From NCBI GenBank assembly GCA_026995935.1, contig JALWNK010000018.1, forward strand, positions 1,245 to 65,244: DNA of 64,000 bases, read 5' to 3'. Within the stretch, counting starts at the first letter, position 1; every line of letters starts with the position of its first letter. Position numbers and translations under genes: made by a program. This DNA comes from Deltaproteobacteria bacterium. GTDB taxonomy: Bacteria > Desulfobacterota > Dissulfuribacteria > Dissulfuribacterales > QOAL01. Under the pieces are notes generated by a model, which did not search any database, was not told the origin of the DNA, and was given only the letters and a program-made list of their open reading frames with translations. Shown here in pieces: positions 1 to 8,214 of the stretch.

Positions 1-1
1 G

Positions 2-88
2 AATTACCTGAAAAGACATACCTTCATGCCATTTGTGGTCTACAGGCTGATTCTGGCGGCCATTGTGGCTGCTGTCCTTGTTGTTTAA
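2..88 (+). CDS. 3' end of an upstream membrane-protein CDS (C-terminus resembles undecaprenyl-diphosphatase UppP/BacA)
   Basis: Frame is open from the window edge to TAA at 86-88. Translation NYLKRHTFMPFVVYRLILAAIVAAVLVV is a hydrophobic F-x-x-YR tail like UppP C-termini. Only 28 codons are visible. Confidence 0.3.
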   Translation, partial: NYLKRHTFMPFVVYRLILAAIVAAVLVV

Positions 89-97
89 GGGGGTATT

Positions 98-1135
98 ATG
101 AGAAGAATCGTCCTTTTGGCACTATTTATAAATTCAGCACTGGCATTTTGCCCATGTCCCTGTCTTTCAAGATCGGTCTCTCTTTCTGCCTTAAAACAGA
201 GCGTGGTCTTTGTTTCAAGCACCACCATCAAGCCCGAGGATGTCATTCATCCCGTGGTCCACAAGGGACTTGGCCCAGGCCTGATCTATGACAGGAAGGG
301 ACACGTCCTCGTCCAGATGTCGTCCATCTCCGATCCCCATTCCATTGAATGTTCCATGCTCTCAAAGGGCCACTGGCCTGCAGTCATTGTTGGAAGCGAT
401 CCAGTCACAGGTATCTGTGTTTTGCAGATCAAGGCCCCGGACAAGGTGCTTTCCTCCTTGCGCCCGGTGTCCATGGCTGAAAGGGCAAGACCAGGTTTTG
501 GTGATCACGTCTTAGCAATTGGGGTAAATCCTGATGGTTCACGCACCATTGTTCCAGGAATCGTATCCACGGCCCTGTGCCCCATAGGTCTAAAAAGCAA
601 GAGTGTGGAACGCCTCATTCAGACCTCCATCTTCATCCACAGGGGCCTGGACGGCGCACCGGTATTTAACAGGAGGGGTGTTTTTGTGGGAATGGCTGTG
701 ACAACGGCAGAAGGGCCTCCCCCGAACATTGGTTATGCGCTGCCTGCAGGGCTTGTAAGGTGGGTAGCCGATTCCATCATAAAAAATGGCCAGGTCATCA
801 GGGCCTATCTTGGGGCAGAGGTTGTCACAGTGGACAATAATCTTGCCAGGCTTCTCAATTTGCCTTCAGAAAAGGGTGCGCTGGTTGTAAAGGTGGAGCC
901 TGGAAGCCCTGCAAGCAAGGCAGGACTCAGGGGATGTTCAAGGAGTCTCAGGCTTGGTAACAGGCTTTATCCCATGGGAGGGGACATGATTGTTGCCATA
1001 GACAGGATACCCATTGATTCTGACCAGAAACTCGTTGAGGCGCTTAATGAAAAAGGGCCAGGCAGCCGCGTACTTATATCCTTTTACAGGGAAGGACGCT
1101 TGAGAAGACTCTACGCCATTCTTGGAAGAAGATAG
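98..1135 (+). CDS. HtrA/DegP-like trypsin-fold protein with C-terminal PDZ domain; catalytic triad apparently substituted
   Basis: 345 aa with a signal-like N-terminus. DegS/DegP-like blocks GPGLIYDRKGHVLV, VGSDPVTGICVLQI and IHRGLDGAPVFN. PDZ block GALVVKVEPGSPASKAGLR...GDMIVAIDRIPI. Confidence 0.7.
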   Translation: MRRIVLLALFINSALAFCPCPCLSRSVSLSALKQSVVFVSSTTIKPEDVIHPVVHKGLGPGLIYDRKGHVLVQMSSISDPHSIECSMLSKGHWPAVIVGSDPVTGICVLQIKAPDKVLSSLRPVSMAERARPGFGDHVLAIGVNPDGSRTIVPGIVSTALCPIGLKSKSVERLIQTSIFIHRGLDGAPVFNRRGVFVGMAVTTAEGPPPNIGYALPAGLVRWVADSIIKNGQVIRAYLGAEVVTVDNNLARLLNLPSEKGALVVKVEPGSPASKAGLRGCSRSLRLGNRLYPMGGDMIVAIDRIPIDSDQKLVEALNEKGPGSRVLISFYREGRLRRLYAILGRR

Positions 1136-1568
1136 ATAAAAAAAGTGGTGGAATGTGTTTTTTAGATAACAGGAAACGAAAAATAAAAATGGAAGATTTT
1201 CAGAGATTTTCAGAGATTTGCACATGGTGGCCTGGTTGTTGAAAAATATTCTTAAGAAATTAACTGGTTGAAATCATAAGAAATATTATTGACAGGAATT
1301 TTCCATAATTCACGGCAGGTTATGTTTTTTTTGTCCAAAAATCACGGAATTTTGAGAGGATATGTAACTGTTGAAAAAAAGCATGGGGAAGAATCTTATT
1401 TCACAATAATCTGCTTTGACAGCCGAAACTTGGCCCATTAAAAAATAGGCCATAATCCTTTGGTTCATTTTTCAGCGCTTGCTCGAAAAAATTTTTCAAT
1501 CTTGTATAGGTTTTTTAGACCTAACGTAGGTATCTTGCTGTCTTTAAATCTTTGATTGGAGTAAGGCT
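1136..1568. promoter_or_regulatory. AT-rich dnaA upstream region (dnaA promoter; possibly oriC-associated)
   Basis: 433-bp non-coding AT-rich stretch directly upstream of dnaA. Three tandem 10-mers AGATTTTCAG/AGATTTTCAG/AGATTTGCAC at 1194-1223. No perfect TTATCCACA box found by eye. Confidence 0.25.
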
Positions 1569-2894
1569 ATGAGGGAGTTGTGGGAGGAGATCAAGGACAG
1601 GCTGCGTCAGAAGGTTTCTGAGGGAAGCTACAGACTCTGGATCGAGCCTTTGAAATTTGACAGGGTTGAGGGAAACACCTTGATCCTCAAGTGTCCCAAC
1701 CAGTTTTTTGCCTCCTGGGTTCAGGAACACTATTTCCCCTATATCAAGGAAGACCTGCTCTATCTTGGCATGGATGTAAAGATAAAGCTTGAGGCCCTGG
1801 AAAAGATAAAGGAGTCTGCAAGACGCCAGCTCCACCTTCCCAAGTTTTCCCCAACGGAGATACCACGGCCAAACCTGTGCGAAAGGTTCACCTTTGACGA
1901 ATTCGTTGTTGGGGAATGCAACCATTATGCACACGGTGCCTGCTGGGAGGCGGCAAATGGAAGCTCCTCGTCGTGCCGGACCATCTTTCTTCATGCCGCC
2001 TCAGGCCTTGGAAAGAGCCATCTTACCCAGGCAGTGGGTCACAAGATACTTGAAAAAAGACCAAGGGCGAGATTGTGCTACCTGACAGCCAACGATTTCA
2101 CCCAGCAGGTGGTTTCAGCCATTAAAAACAATGCAATGGATGCCCTTAAAAAGCGCTTTTACACCCAGTGTGACTGCCTTTTGATAGAGCAGGTGCACTG
2201 CCTTTCAGGCCGTGAGAGGACTCAAAGCGAGCTGGCCCTGGCCCTTGACCCTTTGATTGACAGTGGGAAGATCGTCATATTTACGGGAAACCAGCTTCCT
2301 CGAGCCATCCCAAAACTAAGCGACGTACTCCGTTCACGCCTTGCAAGCGGCATCATAACCTCCATAAACCCCCCGGACTTTGAGACCAGGAAGAAGATTG
2401 TGGCCAGAAAGGCCAAGAGTCAGGGGGTGGATATCAACAGTGAAACCATTGAGTACCTGGCCCACCATCTGAAGGGGGACATAAGGCGCATAGAAAGCGC
2501 GGTAATCGGGCTTATAACCAAGTCCTCCCTTCTTAAAAGGCCTATTGATCTGGGTCTAGCAAGGGAAATAATTCACGAAATAGTAGGCGAGCCAGACACC
2601 CTTACAGTATCAAGGATAACGGATCTTATTTGCTGCCATTTCAGTCTGAAGCCGGAACAGATACGCTCAAGGTCCCGGAAAAAGGAGATTGCGCTTCCAA
2701 GGCAGATAGCCATGTACTTCTCACGTAAGTACACCGACTCTTCCCTGCAGTACATTGGTAAGCAGTTCAACAGGGACCATGCAACCGTGCTCCATTCCAT
2801 AAAGAAGATAGACAAGATGATGAAGACATCATCCAAGTTCAGGAGCCAGATGGAGTATCTCACAACCCAGGTAGAAAAACACAAGTGGCGTTAA
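1569..2894 (+). CDS. dnaA: chromosomal replication initiator protein DnaA
   Basis: 441 aa. Walker A GLGKSHL, AAA+ core, sensor region IRRIESAV, and C-terminal DNA-binding signature RDHATVLHSIKKI. Confidence 0.95.
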   Translation: MRELWEEIKDRLRQKVSEGSYRLWIEPLKFDRVEGNTLILKCPNQFFASWVQEHYFPYIKEDLLYLGMDVKIKLEALEKIKESARRQLHLPKFSPTEIPRPNLCERFTFDEFVVGECNHYAHGACWEAANGSSSSCRTIFLHAASGLGKSHLTQAVGHKILEKRPRARLCYLTANDFTQQVVSAIKNNAMDALKKRFYTQCDCLLIEQVHCLSGRERTQSELALALDPLIDSGKIVIFTGNQLPRAIPKLSDVLRSRLASGIITSINPPDFETRKKIVARKAKSQGVDINSETIEYLAHHLKGDIRRIESAVIGLITKSSLLKRPIDLGLAREIIHEIVGEPDTLTVSRITDLICCHFSLKPEQIRSRSRKKEIALPRQIAMYFSRKYTDSSLQYIGKQFNRDHATVLHSIKKIDKMMKTSSKFRSQMEYLTTQVEKHKWR

Positions 2895-2900
2895 GGGCCC

Positions 2901-4289
2901 ATGGCCTTTTGGAAAAAGGATCCCCTTGAAAGTGGTCTCAAGGAGATACTTGGAAAAGAGGGGCTTCTTTCTGAAAAGGCGGATGTTGCCTGCTACGGAT
3001 TTGATTCAAGCGGCCTTGAGGCAGAACCTCATCTTGTTGCCCTGCCAGAGAGCATTGAACAGGTTTGTAAGATAGCAAGGCTGTGCAATCGTCTCGGGAT
3101 TCCCTTGGTGCCAAGGGGGGCTGGAAGCTCCACCACAGGCAGCGCGGTCCCTGTACGCGGAGGGGTTGTCCTTTCCTTTTCCAGGATGAAACGCATTCTA
3201 CGCATCGATCCTGTTGAGCTTACTGCACGGGTGGAACCTGGGGTTGTCACTGGTGTCCTTCAAGAGAAGGTGGAAAAACTGGGGCTTTTTTACCCGCCTG
3301 ATCCTGCAAGCCTCAGGTTTTGCACCATTGGCGGAAACGTTGCAACAGGCGCAGGAGGGGCAAGGGCGGTAAAGTACGGTGTTACAAAGGACTACGTAAG
3401 GAGCCTTAAAGTTGTCCTTTCTGACGGAAGTCTCATCCACACAGGCGCAGAAACTGCAAAGGGGGTCTCAGGCTACGACCTAACCCACCTTTTTGTGGGC
3501 TCTGAAGGTACGCTCGGAATCGTTGTGGAGATACTCCTTAGGCTTTTGCCCCTGCCTGAGGCAGTCGGTACTGCTGCTGCCCTCTTTAACGATCTTGAGG
3601 CAGCTGTTGAGGCCGTAACCTGTCTTTTTATCTCTGGTATCCTCCCAAGGTGTGCAGAGTTTCTAGATGAAAATACCCTTTCTGCGGTCTCAAGGGCCTT
3701 GCCCTTTGATGTTCCAGAGGAGACCCGGGCATTTTTGCTCCTTGAGCTGGATGGGGAAAGATCTTCGGTAAAAAGCCAGCTTTCAGGGCTTAGGGCCTGT
3801 CTTAAAAGGTCAGGGGCAATAAAGGTCCTTGAGGCGAGAGATGCAAAAGAACGTGAGAGGCTTTGGGAGGCTAGAAGGAGTGTCTCTCCTGCACTTAAGG
3901 GCCTTGGCTATGACAGAAAAATAAGCGAGGACATCTGCGTGCCCAGAATGGCAATTAAGGCAATGCTTTCGTATTTGAAAGAAATTCAGCCCCTTTACCC
4001 TGTTGACATATTTTCATTTGGCCACCTGGGTGATGGAAATTTGCACGTAAACCTGTTATTTAACTCCAATGAACTGGACGAGCAGGGGCTTGACGGCCTC
4101 ATAAAAAGAATAATGAAGAGGTGCATTGAGCTGGGAGGCACCATATCGGGTGAGCACGGTATAGGTCTTGCGAAGATGAAGTATCTTGGTCTTGAGCTTT
4201 CTTCTCGGGTCGTTGGCCTTGAAAGACAGATCAAGAAGGTGTTTGATCCAAAGGGAATACTAAATCCTGGCAAGATATTTGAGGAATAG
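2901..4289 (+). CDS. FAD-linked oxidase, GlcD / D-lactate dehydrogenase family
   Basis: 462 aa. FAD-binding PCMH-type block VPRGAGSSTTG and C-terminal GEHGIGLAK...FDPKGILNPGK, typical of the GlcD family. Confidence 0.85.
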   Translation: MAFWKKDPLESGLKEILGKEGLLSEKADVACYGFDSSGLEAEPHLVALPESIEQVCKIARLCNRLGIPLVPRGAGSSTTGSAVPVRGGVVLSFSRMKRILRIDPVELTARVEPGVVTGVLQEKVEKLGLFYPPDPASLRFCTIGGNVATGAGGARAVKYGVTKDYVRSLKVVLSDGSLIHTGAETAKGVSGYDLTHLFVGSEGTLGIVVEILLRLLPLPEAVGTAAALFNDLEAAVEAVTCLFISGILPRCAEFLDENTLSAVSRALPFDVPEETRAFLLLELDGERSSVKSQLSGLRACLKRSGAIKVLEARDAKERERLWEARRSVSPALKGLGYDRKISEDICVPRMAIKAMLSYLKEIQPLYPVDIFSFGHLGDGNLHVNLLFNSNELDEQGLDGLIKRIMKRCIELGGTISGEHGIGLAKMKYLGLELSSRVVGLERQIKKVFDPKGILNPGKIFEE

Positions 4290-4294
4290 GGCAG

Positions 4295-4990
4295 ATGTTG
4301 GCATCGGCTATAATTGCAGCAGGGGGCTCTGGAAGCAGGCTCGGCTATGAGGAGCCAAAGCAGTTTCTTGATCTTGGGGGAAAGCCCATAATAGCCTGGA
4401 GCCTTGAGGCCTTTTCAAGGGCCATTGAGATAGGCGAGATAGTGGTGGTTGCACCCCTTGATCATCTGGCAAGGGCAGAGGAATTTGCGAAAAAGCACTG
4501 TGGCACAAAACCATTCAAGGTGGTGCCTGGTGGTGCCACAAGGCAGGAATCGGTAAAAAACGGCCTTTCTGCCTCGGCATCCTCCATGGAGCTTGTGGCA
4601 GTGCACGATGCGGCAAGACCATTTATTACCCCGGACGAGATAGATTCCATCTGTATGATGGCGCAGGAGCTTGGCGCTGCAATACTTGGAAGGAAGGTTG
4701 ATGATACCATAAAAGAGGTTCACGAGGGTATTGTCACTAGGACCCTTGACAGGTCAAGGCTTGTTGCGGCCCTTACCCCCCAGGTGTGCCGTAAGGAGGA
4801 CCTGTTGGCAGCACATGAAAAGGCAGCAGCAGACGGCTTTGTAGGCACAGACGAGGCAAGCCTTCTTGAGTACGCAGGAATGAACGTGGTTGTTGAGATA
4901 ACAAGCTCTGTAAATTTTAAGATAACAACGGAGACAGACCTCAAGATGGCCCGGGCCATTGTTCAGTGCATCAAAGAGGGGAAGTTCTGA
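4295..4990 (+). CDS. ispD: 2-C-methyl-D-erythritol 4-phosphate cytidylyltransferase
   Basis: 231 aa. N-terminal AAGGSGSRLG...PKQFL nucleotidyltransferase motif, located next to ispF. Confidence 0.9.
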   Translation: MLASAIIAAGGSGSRLGYEEPKQFLDLGGKPIIAWSLEAFSRAIEIGEIVVVAPLDHLARAEEFAKKHCGTKPFKVVPGGATRQESVKNGLSASASSMELVAVHDAARPFITPDEIDSICMMAQELGAAILGRKVDDTIKEVHEGIVTRTLDRSRLVAALTPQVCRKEDLLAAHEKAAADGFVGTDEASLLEYAGMNVVVEITSSVNFKITTETDLKMARAIVQCIKEGKF

Positions 4991-5472
4991 CGGTGGATTT
5001 CCGGGTAGGCTTTGGATATGACGTTCACCGCCTGGTCCCTGGCAGAAGGCTCATCCTTGGCGGCGTTGAAATAGAGCATACCCTGGGGCTTCTTGGCCAT
5101 TCGGACGCAGATGTGCTTCTTCATTCCATTTGTGATGCCATCCTTGGGGCAGCAGGTCTTGGAGATATTGGTAACCACTTCCCTGACACGGATGAGAAGT
5201 TCAAGGGCATCTCTTCCATGCTTCTCCTAAAAGAGGTGGCGAAAAAGGCCCTTGAGGCTGGATTTTATATAAACAACGTGGATGCAACCGTTGTTGCTCA
5301 GGCCCCAAGGCTTTCCCCTTTCATGGAAAAGATGAGGGAAAATGTGGCCTCATGCATTGGAACGGATAAAAACCGCGTGAATATCAAGGCAACCACCACC
5401 GAGGGGCTTGGATTTACTGGGGAAAAGCAGGGAATTGCAAGCTACTGCGTGGCAACTGTTGTCTCCATTTAG
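4966..5472 (+). CDS. ispF: 2-C-methyl-D-erythritol 2,4-cyclodiphosphate synthase
   Basis: Motifs GFGYDVHRL and GHSDADVLLHSICDAILGA. GTG at 4993, just after the ispD stop, is a plausible alternative start. Confidence 0.9.
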   Translation: MHQRGEVLTVDFRVGFGYDVHRLVPGRRLILGGVEIEHTLGLLGHSDADVLLHSICDAILGAAGLGDIGNHFPDTDEKFKGISSMLLLKEVAKKALEAGFYINNVDATVVAQAPRLSPFMEKMRENVASCIGTDKNRVNIKATTTEGLGFTGEKQGIASYCVATVVSI

Positions 5473-5628
5473 ATGAAAAGGCCATTCAAAACAAGAAACA
5501 TCTTTTCCAGTAAATGTTTCTTTAAACTTGTGAATTAGCTCCAGTCCATTCAGTGCCTTAAGGCACCTTAAAATCCAAGTTTTTTAAGAGGAAACGATTT
5601 ATTTCCTAATGGTTAGAAATTTAGCTTG

Positions 5629-5644
5629 TTTGACCTAAGTCAAA
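5629..5644. promoter_or_regulatory. CRP/FNR-class palindrome TTTGAC-N4-GTCAAA upstream of the ferredoxin-hcp operon
   Basis: Perfect 6-bp arms read directly (TTTGACCTAAGTCAAA). The site lies about 50 nt upstream of the best RBS/ATG (5696) of the first operon gene. Confidence 0.5.
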
Positions 5645-5695
5645 GTGAATAAAAATTATCCAGTTTATCATTTTAGCACCATGGGAGCCTTAAAG

Positions 5696-6517
5696 ATGAA
5701 ATGGAGCCAAGAGGCGGAAAGGACCATGAAGCGTGTGCCCTTTTTCATCAGGAAGATGGTGAGGAGGAAGGTGGAGGAATACGCCTTAAAGCGTGGGGTG
5801 GAGCTCATTGAAAAGAGGCACATAGAAGAGTGTAAAAACCGCTTCATGAACAACATGGATGAGGAGCTTCAGGGTTTTTCCGTTGAGACATGCCTTGGAG
5901 CAGATGGATGCAGCAACAGGGTGCTTCCAGACACGGATATTGCAGACAGGATAGAAGAGTTTTTAAGAGGTGAAAATCTTAAGGAATTCTTAACGCAAAG
6001 GCTTTCGCGCCCCCTAAAGGTACACAACGAGTTCAGGGTTTCCATCTCCTTTTGTCCAAACAGCTGCTCCCGGCCCCAGATAGTTGATGTTGGCCTTATT
6101 GGGGCAGTTGCCCCACAGGTGACTGATGCTGATTGCTCAGGTTGCAAGGCGTGTTTGAAGGCATGCAGGGAAGAGGCCATCACCCTTGGTGAAGGGGTGA
6201 AAATAGATGGTACAAGGTGTCTTTTTTGCGGACACTGCGTACGAGTCTGCCCCACCTCGAGCCTTGAGATGGGAAGATATGGCTTTCGCATTCAGGTTGG
6301 AGGAAAGCTTGGCAGACACCCGCAGCTTGGAAGGGAACTTCCAGGAATTTTTGGCTTTGACGAGGCCCTTGAAACGGTCAAGTCAGTAACGCGTTTTTAC
6401 AAAAAAAGGTGCAAAAGGGGCGAAAGGCTTGGTGAGGTAATCTCCAGGGACGGCCTTGACATGCTCCTTGAACACCTTGATCTCCCTAACGGGGAAAAAA
6501 TAAACCAAGAGAGGTGA
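5696..6517 (+). CDS. iron-sulfur protein: PCP-reductase-like N-domain plus sulfite/nitrite-reductase-like 4Fe-4S region with a 2x[4Fe-4S] ferredoxin insert (hcp-associated)
   Basis: Motifs RVPFFIRKMVRRKVEEYA, FCPNSCSRPQ, CSGCKACLKAC and CLFCGHCVRVCP. The ORF track start is GTG 5645, but GGGAG plus ATG at 5696 is a better start and leaves room for the FNR-type box. Confidence 0.7.
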   Translation: MKWSQEAERTMKRVPFFIRKMVRRKVEEYALKRGVELIEKRHIEECKNRFMNNMDEELQGFSVETCLGADGCSNRVLPDTDIADRIEEFLRGENLKEFLTQRLSRPLKVHNEFRVSISFCPNSCSRPQIVDVGLIGAVAPQVTDADCSGCKACLKACREEAITLGEGVKIDGTRCLFCGHCVRVCPTSSLEMGRYGFRIQVGGKLGRHPQLGRELPGIFGFDEALETVKSVTRFYKKRCKRGERLGEVISRDGLDMLLEHLDLPNGEKINQER

Positions 6518-6521
6518 GAAA

Positions 6522-8150
6522 ATGTTTTGCTTTCAATGTGAACAGACTGCACAGGGTAAGGGTTGTACAAAGATAGGAGTCTGCGGCAAACAGCCCGATG
6601 TGGCAGCGCTACAGGATCTTCTCATATATGCCATAAAGGGGCTTTCCCAGGTGGCAGTAGAAGGCCACAAGGTGGGAATAAACGACAGGGACGTAAACGT
6701 CTTTACCTGCGAGGCCGTATTTTCAACCTTAACAAACGTGGATTTTGACCCGGATCGTTTTGTGGAGCTTCTAAGGCGCTGTGTAAACATGCGGGATGAG
6801 CTAAAGGAGAAGGTAAAGGCAGCAGGCGGAAACACTGACTTCCCAGAAGGCCCTGCCACCTTTGAGCTTGGCAGCAACAAGGAAGAGATGGTCCGTCAGG
6901 GCGAGATGCACGGTGTCCTTTCAAACGGCGAGCTGGATGAAGACAGGCGTTCTCTAAGGGAGACCATTGTATACGGCCTTAAAGGCGTGTGCGCATACAC
7001 AGACCATGCCCAGATCCTTGGAAAAGAGGATGAGGACCACTACAAGATGATCCACGAGATATTTGCCGCCACCCTGAACAAGGACATGGACCTGAACGAT
7101 TGGGTAGGGCTTGCCCTTAAGACAGGCGAGGCAAATCTTAAGGCCATGGAGCTTCTAGATGCGGCAAATACCGAAAACTACGGTCATCCAGTTCCTACAG
7201 AGGTCCCCCTTGGCGCCAAAAAGGGCAAGGCAATACTGGTTTCAGGCCATGACCTCAGGGATCTGGAGTTGATACTCAAGCAGACTGAAGGCAAGGGTAT
7301 AAACGTCTACACCCACGGTGAGATGCTTCCCTGTCACGGATATCCTGAGCTAAAGAAGTATCCCCACTTCTACGGCCACTACGGAACCGCCTGGCAGAAC
7401 CAGGCAAAGGAGTTTGATGCATTTCCAGGCCCCATTGTCATGACCACAAACTGCATCCAGAAGCCCAGGGAGTCCTACTTCGACAGGATATTCACCACTG
7501 GCCTTGTTGGCTGGCCTGGTGTGAAGCACATTGCTGACAAGGACTTCACCCCTGTCATTGAAAAGGCCCTTGAGACCCCTGGCTTCCCTGAGGATACGGA
7601 CAAGGGAAGCGTAATGGTTGGTTTTGCAAGAAACACCATTATGTCTGTGGCAGACAAGGTCATCGGTGGGGTAAAAGAGGGCAAGATAAGGCACTTCTTT
7701 CTGGTTGCAGGATGCGATGGGGCAAAGCCTGGCAGGAACTACTACACGGAATTTGTGGAAAAGGTGCCAGAGGACTGTCTCGTTCTTACCCTTGCATGCG
7801 GAAAGTTCCGCTTCTTTGACAAGAAGCTTGGGGACATTGAGGGGATACCGAGGCTCCTGGACATTGGCCAGTGTAATGACGCATACTCTGCCATCCAGAT
7901 CGCCTCTGCCCTGGCAGATGCCTTTGGCTGCACCGTGAACGACCTTCCCCTTTCCATGGTGCTTTCCTGGTATGAGCAGAAGGCTGTGGCAATTCTCCTT
8001 ACCCTCTTTGCCCTTGGGATTAAGAACATGAGGCTTGGCCCAAGCCTTCCTGCATTCATAACTCCAAACGTACTGAACGTTCTCGTGGAAAACTACAACA
8101 TCATGCCCATCAAGACACCAGATGAGGATCTAAAGGCCATACTAGGCTGA
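6522..8150 (+). CDS. hcp: hybrid cluster protein (hydroxylamine reductase)
   Basis: 542 aa. Diagnostic N-terminal Cys cluster MFCFQCEQTAQGKGCTKIGVCGK; conserved TNCIQ and GQCNDAYSAI blocks. Confidence 0.95.
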   Translation: MFCFQCEQTAQGKGCTKIGVCGKQPDVAALQDLLIYAIKGLSQVAVEGHKVGINDRDVNVFTCEAVFSTLTNVDFDPDRFVELLRRCVNMRDELKEKVKAAGGNTDFPEGPATFELGSNKEEMVRQGEMHGVLSNGELDEDRRSLRETIVYGLKGVCAYTDHAQILGKEDEDHYKMIHEIFAATLNKDMDLNDWVGLALKTGEANLKAMELLDAANTENYGHPVPTEVPLGAKKGKAILVSGHDLRDLELILKQTEGKGINVYTHGEMLPCHGYPELKKYPHFYGHYGTAWQNQAKEFDAFPGPIVMTTNCIQKPRESYFDRIFTTGLVGWPGVKHIADKDFTPVIEKALETPGFPEDTDKGSVMVGFARNTIMSVADKVIGGVKEGKIRHFFLVAGCDGAKPGRNYYTEFVEKVPEDCLVLTLACGKFRFFDKKLGDIEGIPRLLDIGQCNDAYSAIQIASALADAFGCTVNDLPLSMVLSWYEQKAVAILLTLFALGIKNMRLGPSLPAFITPNVLNVLVENYNIMPIKTPDEDLKAILG

Positions 8151-8170
8151 TTGGTCATAAGATTGCTCTC

Positions 8171-8214
8171 AAAAAAGGGGCCCCATGTCTGTAAGGGCAG
8201 GGGCCCTTTTCTTT
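8171..8214. terminator. bidirectional intrinsic terminator between convergent hcp and the symporter gene
   Basis: A-run, GGGGCCCC (8177-8184), loop, GGGGCCC (8200-8206), then TTTTCTTTT. Confidence 0.6.

Noticed and set aside
1136-1568. Calling a defined oriC with DnaA boxes upstream of dnaA
   Set aside because: I could not find a single perfect 9-mer DnaA box, or a convincing cluster of 1-mismatch boxes, by eye. It is reported only as a low-confidence regulatory region.
1521-1994. 157-aa minus-strand ORF overlapping the dnaA 5' region
   Set aside because: It is antisense to a confidently identified gene with strong family motifs, and it has no recognisable domain. It is a typical shadow ORF.
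5645-5695. GTG 5645 as the start of the hcp-associated Fe-S protein (ORF track)
   Set aside because: That start abuts the FNR-type palindrome and lacks an RBS. ATG 5696 is preceded by GGGAG at appropriate spacing, and the conserved domain begins after it.
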